Positions 53,601 through 64,000 of a DNA stretch of 64,000 nt are shown in pieces. This DNA is from Chrysomallon squamiferum (taxonomy: Eukaryota; Animalia; Mollusca). The notes under the pieces are model-generated. The model was given only the letters and a program-made list of their open reading frames with translations, ran no database searches and was not told the origin of the DNA. The stretch spans positions 20,088,001 to 20,152,000 of the forward strand of contig CM022667.1 of NCBI GenBank assembly GCA_012295275.1, written 5' to 3'. A program made the position numbers and the translations under genes. Each line of letters begins with the position of its first letter. Position 1 is the first letter of the stretch.

Positions 53601-55625
53601 GGTTATAAGATGAATGTAAGAATGGACTGGTTATAAGATGAATGTAGGAATGGACTGTAGTTATAAGATGAATGTAAGAATGGACTGTGTCTATCTCATG
53701 TGAAATCCTGCTCACAGTAATTGTCATGCACAGTGAGACTGTTACAAAATTCACATTTTCTAATCGTATTACTCTACTGTAATTCAGTCTGTAGTCAGAT
53801 TTTGTAATCATCTGCGAACCTCACAAACACAATTAATGGCTGCCAGGATGAAATTAAAGAAACATTCTCACAGAAGAAAGATATCTCATTTTGAAAATTC
53901 AGTATTCAAAGTTGTAGCATTACAATAGATATTAGTACATCAAATCAGAGATGTATGAAAGTTTATAACCCAATTTATGTATCAACTGTCATTTTAGAAC
54001 ATAATTTGGGTTCCTTTGTTTTCTTCTCTTTTCTGTCTCTCTGTTGTTTTTGTTGTTCTTTTTTTTCAAGCTTCAAATTATTACAGTAAAGCCAAATTCA
54101 AATAATAAGCATTCACTAACTGATGGATATAATGTGCAACAACAACAAAAAAATATATATTATTTTTTTATTCAACAATTTAATTTTCAAATTAATGCAC
54201 AGTAAAATAATAATAAAAAATAAATAAAAAAGATTAATATTAGTAATATTCTGTAATGATAATTTAGTCTGGTTTCTACTGCTGTGTTCTGAACTAAAAT
54301 TACTTGTAATAACAGTACTTACCCCAGCTGACCAAATGTGATATTCTCCTGAAAATGTCTATCATCTGTTCTTGCATCATTCCCAGCATCACTGAAATAT
54401 TTTTGTATTGTAAATTAAAAATAAATATTTTCTGACATCTTCCATCAGCATATTACTAACAGCCATTTTTATTTCAATATTCATAAATGAAATATAATAT
54501 ACTATATTGAAAATTTACACAGACAGACACACACACACACACAAATATAAATATTAATGTCTAAATGAAAAGCTATACAGTATTAACATATTTTGAAACA
54601 AAAGATGGTGTTTTTCTATTAACATTTAAACTCTACAATTAAGGAAATGACTGTCTGGAAATGTTTGTTTTTTTGTTTGTTTTTTTAAATATAATTCCTA
54701 ATCTGAAATTTAAAAAATATTACTTAAAATCTGAATAAAAAGTCTGTACAAAAATTTAAACATGTCTCTTTCCATGGCATTTTAGTAGTACATAATAACA
54801 GCAAAATACCATTAGTATTAATTAGGGCTAATTTTATTGCTAATTAAAAAATGAAAAAAACATAAAAATAAATAAAAGCATGGTTAGACCAGTCTGAAAT
54901 TTATTAATGAAAAGATATTTGCTTAAACAAAATATTACTGTTTTTAAAATTTATTTTCTTTGACTGATCAACATGGATGTAATTATGAACGTCAAATGCA
55001 GTAGCCATTTTGAACTGATGCCTCACTTGCAGAGACTGAGAAATCTGATAACTGTCATATCTGAGACAGATGAATCCAGTGTCACCATTTTTATTGTGAA
55101 CTGTCAAAACAGTGTGCAGTTAGATTACAAATGTCTGACAGTGTTTACAAAGGGCTTATACAAACACATATGCCAGCTTTTCAAGAGAAAAAAAAATGGA
55201 ACTGAAATAAGTAAAAAAAATGAAATTTTATTTTTTTAAATTTTATTTTAAGAAACAAGCTTTGAAAATAACAAAAAAACATCAAAACGATTTAAAATCT
55301 TCTGCTTTCTATTAATTTTTAATTTTTATTATTATTTATATTTTTAACTGGAGACTAATTTATTACGTGGAAAGTTCTGTCTATCAGTCTAGTAACCTAA
55401 TAAAGCTAATCCAGCATGTATTGATCTGACATCATTTTTAATAAATCTGATACTTAATCTTTTCTGTCACCTCTCAGATTCTTTTCTTCTTTTAAAAACA
55501 AAAAATAAAGGTTTATAATTCTGTTTGGGTTCTGAGTTAATTCAGTCATTTACTGAATCAGTCATAATAAAAGTAAGAAAAGAGATTTATTTAGCTATTA
55601 TTTCTTTCATAATTATGTATATCTG

Positions 55626-55684
<59 letters not shown>

Positions 55685-58600
55685 ATTTCATTTTCAATGT
55701 TTTTAAAACATTATTATAAATAAAAAAAAATGTCTACTAGCAATCTTGACTTATTTTTCATTTACAATGTAACCATGGGGAACATGCTGGAGTAGAAAAT
55801 GACAGATGCTAAAAATAACTGATACTAAATTCAACCATAACTTAGGTGAGCACACCAGCTCAGCTACAGGTCCCACCAGCCAGAAACAAAAAAAAAAAAA
55901 AAAAAAAAACGTGTATATTAAGTAACCTAAATGACTAACACATATTGTAATTATATAAATATCAAACCTGCAATGTTAGAATTGCTTGTTACTAACTATT
56001 ATCTATAACAACATTGATGGTAATTTGGTTGCTTGCATAACCTGTAACCTGTATTATGCTAGCATGAAATTTTCTCCCCTAAGAATTCATGGTTAAAGAT
56101 TATTATGTAATTGACAAAATGGCTTACATTTCCCAATCTCTTTTGATGATACAGCCAAAAACAGTCATGGAAGTATCACTAATTGGACACATAACAAAAA
56201 TAGTAACACAAACAACAATGGTTAATAGCAAATATTATCTTATCTTAAGGCAAGTCCTCCAAATTTTATTGACAATTAAATGACAAAGTAATTTTCTGTT
56301 ATTATCTTGTATTAGATAGCATGACTCTTATTTAAATAATAACCAGCTGGTTATTTCAGGCTCTGTTTATAAAGACATGAATCCAAAATTGTTTCTGAGA
56401 AGAAGATTTATTCTACAGTAAAATCCCAAGTTTCATGATGTTTTATGAGTTTTTCCTCAAACGCTTTTACTGTTTTAGGTTTTGAAAGGAAAATTAAGAA
56501 AACAAAACCCCAATAAACCAAGAACCATATGTATAAATTTCAGCTGTTTATTTTATATTAATGTAATTTGTAAAGAAAAATGTTGTAATTCAAATTAAGA
56601 AAAGAAAATCACTTTTCAATTAAATTAATTAATATCAGGTATGTATAATCATCAACACAATTCAATGCACTATTACCAGACTTAAAAATGTTTGTTTTAG
56701 AGATTTCTCTTGCTGGATGTTTTTACTTTTTTATTTTTTTTTATTTTTTTTTTACTTCCTCATAATTCAATTATTTATATGTAACTGTATAATTTGATTT
56801 TCAGTGTTTGCAAAAATTAATGGCATAAGAAAAACTCCAGGTTAGGTTTTTGGGTACATTCGTTCTTTTTAAAGTTTCATTTCGAACAAGAAAATCACAA
56901 TGCTGCACAAATACACCAACATTTCTTTGAATCCTTCTCCTAAGACCTGTGTGCTTTAACAAAAATGACGACAAGCAATCAATAAGTAATTTCTACTCAA
57001 CACATGGGTCTTGACTTTCAAGCCTTAAGCAGATTCCTTATTACTTTCACACGAGAATCTTCACAAGACTCACAGACATAACTCCAGTGAGTGGGAGAAG
57101 ATGTGAAAAAACAAACAACACAACAATGTCCGTCTGCTTTCTCATGATAAAAAATCTGTTAACTAATGCAAAGACACAATCTATTACAAATGGTCTGTAG
57201 ATCTGACATTAAAATTTAAATCAATAAAGCATTGCTTCCCCCTTTTTTTAAATTTTGTCATTTGTTAAATTGTTTTGAATATAAATTCAGAATCTCGTAT
57301 TAAATTAATGCTCCAGAGATTTCAGAAATAATTTTTACTATTTTTCAACAATTTGGCAAATTACATCCGTGTTCATTTAAATATTACTTGATAACTGACT
57401 ATATCATGATCTATTCTGAGTCACTTTTTATGTTGAAAACAAGACTTACAAATATGTAAAATGATTATCTACCAGTGACAGCATTAAACCAATGTCAGTA
57501 TTAAGACTGGCAGACATGACACTTTCTTCCTTCTATAAGAAATCAGTCTTTTCTACAACACAGATGCCTGGATTAACATGCAGTCACGTTTTCAAAATAT
57601 CAGAACAAAAATTATAGGTAACAGAGTGCTTAGAAACACATGCACAATAAAGAATATTTACAATTTAATAATAACAATAATAATAATAATAATAATAATA
57701 AACAGTTAAATAAATAAAAAAAATGGTGGGGAAAAAGATATTCATTGAAAAGCTGAACACTTAATCAGATTACTTGTCTCTCATCATCTGTTCAGTAATT
57801 CAATTTATTTTTTTCATCAGTTTCACTGTTTGAAAGGAAAAACACAAAGATATTCAAAAAGAAAAAAAATATGTATTTTCAAAATCCTGAAAATAATGTG
57901 TTAATCCATCCTCACAAGTTATCTGATTCTAGATTTAATAATTTTTCTTCTCTGATACTGAAAAAGAAAGCTGACAAAGCAAGATTTATTTTAAAAAAGA
58001 TAAGAAGAAGGAGTAGAAAGATTAAAAAAAAAGAAGAAGGAGAAGTAAGATTAAAAAAAAAAAAAATAAGATGGAAGGAAAAGCAGCAATAAAGAAGAAA
58101 CATATTAAATTCAACTGGGTTACAGCGATCAACATTTTTCAAAATCCCACTGAATATTTCTTGTGTTCAGAGAAAATTTGTGTTAGTGGCAAAAATTAAT
58201 CCCTGTTGGAAACCTTTCTGTATTTATTACAATATTATGATGTGAAGTCTTTTTAAAATTCTCACTGTTTTCCCTGGGAGCCTGATTCATTTGATTTTTA
58301 CTGGCTTTAAGGGATGAAATAATTTTTAGGTAATTTTTTTATTTTATTTCTTTTATTCATAAAATTGTATAAATATTTCAAAATAAATAATAAAATAAAT
58401 AATGCCTTGGCATGTTTATTTATTTATTGTATATGTTTTTTCTTCCCAAAATTTCATAAATATTTCAAAATAAATAATAAAATAATTTCAGCATTATTCT
58501 AATACACTAATTATAATTTCTTCAGCAGTGAAAATACACAGTATGATTCTTACGATTTAAATTTCTTCTTTTTCACTGCAAACCTATTTTTAAAATGAAA

Positions 58601-58766
58601 ATTTTTATATTTCTGCTAAAAACTTTACAACTTCCTGTACCATCATGGCAAGTAGTTGACACACTAATAATCACTGTCATTGTGTTTTTTTCTTCTAATG
58701 ATGTGATTTATATTCTATGCCATCTGTCAGAAAGTATGACAACATATTTTTATATCATCATTATAT

Positions 58767-58822
<56 letters not shown>

Positions 58823-58896
58823 ACACACAGACACACACACACACAGACACACACACACAGACACACACACACACACACACACAGACACACACACAG

Positions 58897-58928
<32 letters not shown>

Positions 58929-61900
58929 ACACCCCAACACTCAGACACATTCATTAACAGCAGTGAATGTTGTTGATGTACTAAAATGCCTGAAGGAATG
59001 TTTTCAGAGTTTAATGGAGCAGTTAACAGTTTGAAAAAATCTTTTGTCTCATCTGTTCGGCACTATAATAATGTCTGACATCAGAACTGAATTACGTTAG
59101 TGTAGTCAAACAACTTCAGTTATCTTTACTGACAATGTTTTCCTTCAAAATTCCTGTAAAAGTTCTTTGATGTTGAGTTTGTGAGAATAAAACATGAAAA
59201 TAAAGTGTTGATTACGTATTACACAGTTGGTTTGGCTGTATGTTATAAAGAAACAGAAATGATGCACTTTATTGATTATTGTTAATGAACCATTTGTTCA
59301 TTTTAAACCTCATCTGTATTGATTATGTAACATTTTCATGAACAGATGACATTTCTAGTTTATTTTTAATCTATAAACATCTAACCTGAAGGTGATATTT
59401 TTCAACATTAAAATTTCATACTTCTGGAGGATATTTTATTTTTCAGGCATGTTTTAAAACCCATTGATGGCATTTCTTAAATTCTACTTTAATATTTTAT
59501 TATAAAAACCATCAGTAAAGGGTAATAAGTTATTTTAAAAATTTAAAATGTTATAAATATCAAGGTTATATTTTTTAATACTATCTTAACCTTTCGTAAC
59601 TCTATTCTATAACAAGAAGTAGATTTTACTGTTTAAATGGTCACACTTTGTTATTTGTTATTACTGGTACCAAGCCATTTATCCAGCTTCCAGAAATCCC
59701 CAAAATCCAGAAAACCTTTTTTTCTTCTTTTTTTAAAACTGGCCTGTTTTGAACTAGTTTCCATGACACCAGTTCAAGAAAGAGACTGTTCCTGTGTTCA
59801 GTTGATCCTCTGACAATAAATTGTTATTTGTTTCGGTTTACTCTCACATTCATTTATTATCATGTCTAAAATTCGAGCAGAAAAGCAGCTTGCTGCTGAA
59901 AAAGCTTATTCCATACAAATATTAAGAATTTTTTTTAGTTAATTAATAAAGATCAAGACGACCTTGCTTTAGAAGTGTATTAATTAGTAACTGTTAAAAC
60001 ATTTTCATTGTTTATTTTTCATTGTTTATTTCACATTCTGAGTAAAGATTTGGTCAGTCAGTGTCCAGAACTCTGGAGCACCTCTGACCACATGCTTGTC
60101 TGATAGATACAGAAACATGTTACTATTATGGAACAACCATTTTTTTTTATTAGATCCTCAAGAAATTAATTATTTTAATTCAAGTAAACCACAACGTAGA
60201 ATACAAAGACTGACAATGAATAACGTTAAAAAAAAACCTGTCAAATTGATGTCTCCAAATCTAATATTGGCTGAGAAAGGCAATGAAAGGTATTAAAATA
60301 GATGTTTATAAAAGGCAGTGAAAAGAACGTTGCAGACAGTTTAATACAGGTGGCTGTGACAGCAGGTTTAGAACTGTTGAGTTACTTACAATGTTGCCAT
60401 TGGTCTGCGCGAGCGTTCTCCCTGCACAGCGTCAAAGAAGGCTGCGTTCCAGAACCTCAGCGACTGCCATATTGGCTGGTCGCGCAGGTAGTTGTAGAGA
60501 AAGTGTTTCACGTCCATGTCAGAATGATGGCCATTATCTGCAGTTGTAAAATAATGGTTAATCAACAGTGAAAAAACAAAAAAGAAAGAAATAAGAACAA
60601 TTTTTATATTGAAAATACATTAAATGGCGAGACAGTAAAATTAGCGATAGTAAAGTATTTGAATGCTTGAAGGGTAATTTCTGTTTCGACAATAAATATA
60701 AAGATATTGATAAAATACTCAAAGTATTAAAAACAGTAATAGTGACTTCTCGGAATAAACATACAGACAGAAAGGAGACATGTCAGCTTGATGATCACAG
60801 AGCTATTTCTCATTTGAATAGAGTAGCAATATAAAACTGCTTCTTGTCTTTGGGGAGAAACCTTGCACTGAAAGAAACCTTGCTGTTGATTTATGAAACT
60901 GTGTTAGTCTTTTCTTTATAACACTGATGTTTACAAAATTAGAGATTCAGACATTTTAAATTCATTATTTACAGAAAACAAAAAATACATGTACATAATT
61001 CCCAAAAGAAGTAGGCAAAAATAAATAATTCTTTTTTTCAGAATCTTTACACACTAATAAATGTCTTTAAACATTATTTTATTAACTTATTTCATTTTTG
61101 TATTTCATATACTTAAACATGTGTTTTTTGTTTTTTTTATCCTATAGAAAAAAAAGGTGTTGAAATAAATACTGTTGATAACAAATATTTCTCAACACCC
61201 TTATTAATGCAGCGATAGCATGTACTTAAATACCAGAAATAAAAATTATCTGAATGTGCGTTTAATAAATCAATCAACTATCTCTGCACCACAGAGACTG
61301 CCATGAAAGGCAATTAAATACAACTGATGCCAAACCATTGATAGTCTTAGAACCCTTCAGCAATCAATTTCTCCAGTTAGACGGGAGTCCTGGAATTCAG
61401 TGTTCATTGTATTGTACTCTAAATGAACCTTTCTGAACCCGTTCAGATTTAGCCTTAAATAACTAGACAATGTTGTTGTTGTTCTTTTTATTCTAAATAT
61501 AAGCTGAAAAAATACATTAACCACAATGGATTAAACACAAGAAGTTGATCTACATAATTCTGATTCTACCAATATCTCTTTCTTAAGATCTAAACTGTTG
61601 TTTTTCTTGTTTTTACTGTAAGAAAATAATTGAGGAATTTAATTAAATCAGAAAGTACAAGTTAGTGTTGCTATGTTAGAGGATTAGTTGTGGAGAAGGA
61701 ACAGTTCTACAAGTAGCTCTGTGTAGAAGTCAGTAACTGAATGTCTTTGCAACCTGACAGCAAGAAGAGAAGACAAAAGCCTCCACATTGTTCTGTTTTC
61801 AGCCAGTCAGATGACACTGTGTTCATGCAGAGACAATCTCTCTTTATTTGATTTTTCTACTAACTACATCCTATTACTTGAGACAGCCTCCCAGTTTCTT

Positions 61901-62729
61901 GTTGAACTTGGTCAAATTGATTGTGAAGATAAAGGACAAAGAATAAGCTAGAGAGACATACCAGCTGCTTCAAAATATTGAACCATACATACAAATATAG
62001 TAAAACAAATCCTCTGGGAAACACATTACTAGAAACAGACTGGCAGATATTTTTTTTTTACAAATAAATTAAAATTTAGAATATATCATTGTGTTATTTA
62101 CTAAAATGATTTGAACTAAATTATTAAACCCACCACCCCAAAAGAATTGACAAACAAACAAACAAATTCAAATAAAGAAAGAAAGAAAGAAAGAAATAAA
62201 GAAATAAAGAAAAGAAAAGAACCTAAAGAGTTACTTGATGTAAAAATAAGGCATTCATATTTGTTTTGAATTTAATAAAAACTGATAGATATATTGTTTC
62301 AGTGTTAACATTAATATGATACTTTTAAAAATAATGGAAGGTATTTTGTAGGTTTTTTTTATTTTGTAAAATGTAAAAGAGTAAATGACTAAATCCACAA
62401 TTTAGAAAATTTTACAAAAAACATTTCTAAAGAAGATCGTTAACTGAAAATTGGATGTGAATGCAAATGATACTTCCTCTTGTCCTGAATGGATTAGTCA
62501 AATGAGACACTTACAAAAGAGATCAATGTATTGATCAGTGTAGAAATATGTATGTATTTTGATACGGCACTAAGTAAAACTCACTCTCGTGGTAAAACGT
62601 GAAGCACATGTTCATCAGCGTTTTGGCGGGAGAGTAATCCTCGGCTTCGTTGCACTCAAAGAGGCAGACGGCAAAATACTGTATCAGCTGAAAAAATGTC
62701 TGTTCATCCACGCGCTTGCTGTTCACTCG
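50573..62729 (-). CDS. KIAA0513: KIAA0513 homolog, 5'-partial (C-terminal 168 aa; 5 exons seen)
   Basis: Exons 62729-62585, 60537-60390, 54391-54323, 51247-51153, 50622-50573, all phase-compatible. Motifs [86 protein letters not shown] match KIAA0513. Confidence 0.93.
50745..50962 (-). repeat. Degenerate, inverted copy of the same 30-bp minisatellite (~7 units)
   Basis: ~30-bp periodic catttttacattcat...acaaccac units; the minus-strand translation shows ECKNGLW-like 10-aa periodicity, as does the main array. Confidence 0.7.
51153..51247 (-). CDS. KIAA0513: KIAA0513 exon ([24 protein letters not shown])
   Basis: tcacag acceptor, G|gtatgt donor. Confidence 0.93.
52541..53700 (+). repeat. 30-bp minisatellite (ATGAATGTAAGAATGAACTACAGTTATAAG), ~38 copies, in a KIAA0513 intron
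   Basis: Directly visible tandem array; explains the [10 protein letters not shown] repeat ORFs. Confidence 0.98.
54323..54391 (-). CDS. KIAA0513: KIAA0513 exon ([23 protein letters not shown])
   Basis: tttcag acceptor, GG|gtaagt donor. Confidence 0.92.
55628..55679 (+). repeat. (TC)n microsatellite
   Basis: Direct. Confidence 0.95.
58769..58925 (+). repeat. Imperfect (AC)n/(CAGA) microsatellite
   Basis: Direct. Confidence 0.95.
60390..60537 (-). CDS. KIAA0513: KIAA0513 exon ([18 protein letters not shown])
   Basis: ctgcag acceptor, TT|gtaagt donor. Confidence 0.94.
62585..62729 (-). CDS. KIAA0513: KIAA0513 exon ([15 protein letters not shown]...FYHE)
   Basis: ttttag acceptor, A|gtgagt donor. 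Confidence 0.93.
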
Positions 62730-64000
62730 CTAAAAGTAAAATATTCTGATTAATTATTCATGTGTGTCTGTTGAGAGCTGACACTATGCTGTTGTCAGTC
62801 TTCATCACTGGAAATGATGTTTAGAGTAAGAATAAAAATGATTTACAAGTTTGTGGTTTCTGAATTCTATTTAATCATTGCCAAAACAACAGCATCGAAT
62901 GTAAATAGACCAACTGTTCATGCTGGTGGATATATCTACTTAAGACTTTCCAGTGAGGCAATGTTTTCTAATTCTGTTGTATAATGACTAATGTCCATCA
63001 AAGAAAATAAATTCAAATACATTGGTGTCTCGATCAAAATACTGAATATTTTTATAGTTTTATTGTTTATACTTTGAGAGAAAAAGAAAGAGACAGCATC
63101 TACAATATTCTGCCTGTTTTATTTCAAAACTAGCTGCGTCAGATATTACCCAGATGTGTTATTTTACATGTGAACTGGTTAAATATAAAAATAATAAACT
63201 TGTAGATGAGCCCTGTTTGTTGCCTGTAAAACAAAAACAGTAAAGATTATATTCTAGATGACTCCAAGTTTGGGTCAAATATTTGACTGATGCCCATATT
63301 TATTCTGGTTTTGCGTTTATCTAATTCCAATTTTGATAAATGATTTCTTTTATAAATTCACACAGGAATTATGCAAAGAGGAAACTCTTGTTATGGATGT
63401 TGGAAGCACTCTGTCTGCCATGGAAATTTTCTGTTGAAAATCTCCCCAGGCAGCCCCAAAGAACTGTGTTTCTATAAACAAAACCTTGATTATTATTCTT
63501 TCACAAAAATCTACATTTCATACCTGATTTCATCACCACAAAATGAAATGTAATAACATTTGTAACTTTTTTCAATATCTCCTCCCATTTCATTTTTACA
63601 TATTAAAAGATTTTAATCTTTTTATTTTTCAGTTACAAACAATTATATAGCATTAAACATGATCAATAAAAAGACTTCAAAATGAAAAGAATACACCAGT
63701 ATCCAGTTTTGCTTTTAAATCTATAGAAAGTTTTTCTTTTACTCATGGGCTGCAAAGAAATCCATTAGACAGAATTTTATCCGTATTTTTATTTGCACAT
63801 AATTCTCAAACATGAAGTGAAGATGAAGAATAATGAAGAAAAGGAAGAACTCCTGATACTTGTAGAAATGTCTGATGATTGCCAGAACACTGAGTGTGAA
63901 GAAAATTAGTGGTCTCCAGGGAAATACCATGCCACTGAACAAACTTGTAACTGAACTGTAATATCCTTATCCTTACCTCTCTGTCCACATTTGGTATCAC

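Noticed and set aside
63200-63223. Possible 24-nt in-frame KIAA0513 microexon (ATNRAHLQ) with a strong acceptor
   Set aside because: The donor gtttat is weak and the insertion would interrupt a conserved segment; unsupported without RNA data.
63739-64000. Minus-strand ORFs at the window end as upstream KIAA0513 exons
   Set aside because: No resemblance to the expected upstream KIAA0513 sequence (..WFARYV.AQ); that exon is probably outside the window.

Overview
This is AT-rich, intron-rich animal genomic DNA with many microsatellites. A mollusc or other lophotrochozoan is my inference only. Four spliced protein-coding genes could be reconstructed by hand with consistent GT-AG junctions and exon phases: GSE1 (+, 5' end outside the window, to 37256), GINS2/Psf2 (-, 42395..40638), TMEM143 (+, 42513..46989) and a KIAA0513 homolog (-, 5' end outside the window, to 50573). 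Highlights: (1) GSE1 appears to have a long form with at least 4 copies of a CxxC...CxxC Zn-finger-like module, and a short form starting at an intronic alternative first exon (11643..11742) preceded by uORFs, one with a TAATG stop-start overlap. (2) The GSE1/GINS2/KIAA0513 linkage matches human 16q24.1 as I recall it, suggesting ancient microsynteny. (3) GINS2 and TMEM143 start codons are separated by only 117 bp, with E2F and ETS motifs between them and a YY1-like motif over the TMEM143 ATG. (4) A 30-bp minisatellite and an older inverted copy of it bracket one KIAA0513 exon. (5) A tandem duplication of a GSE1 splice acceptor and a ~240-bp foldback lie in GSE1 introns. No prokaryotic systems, RNA genes or intact transposons were seen. 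All homology calls come from recognising motifs, not from database searches.
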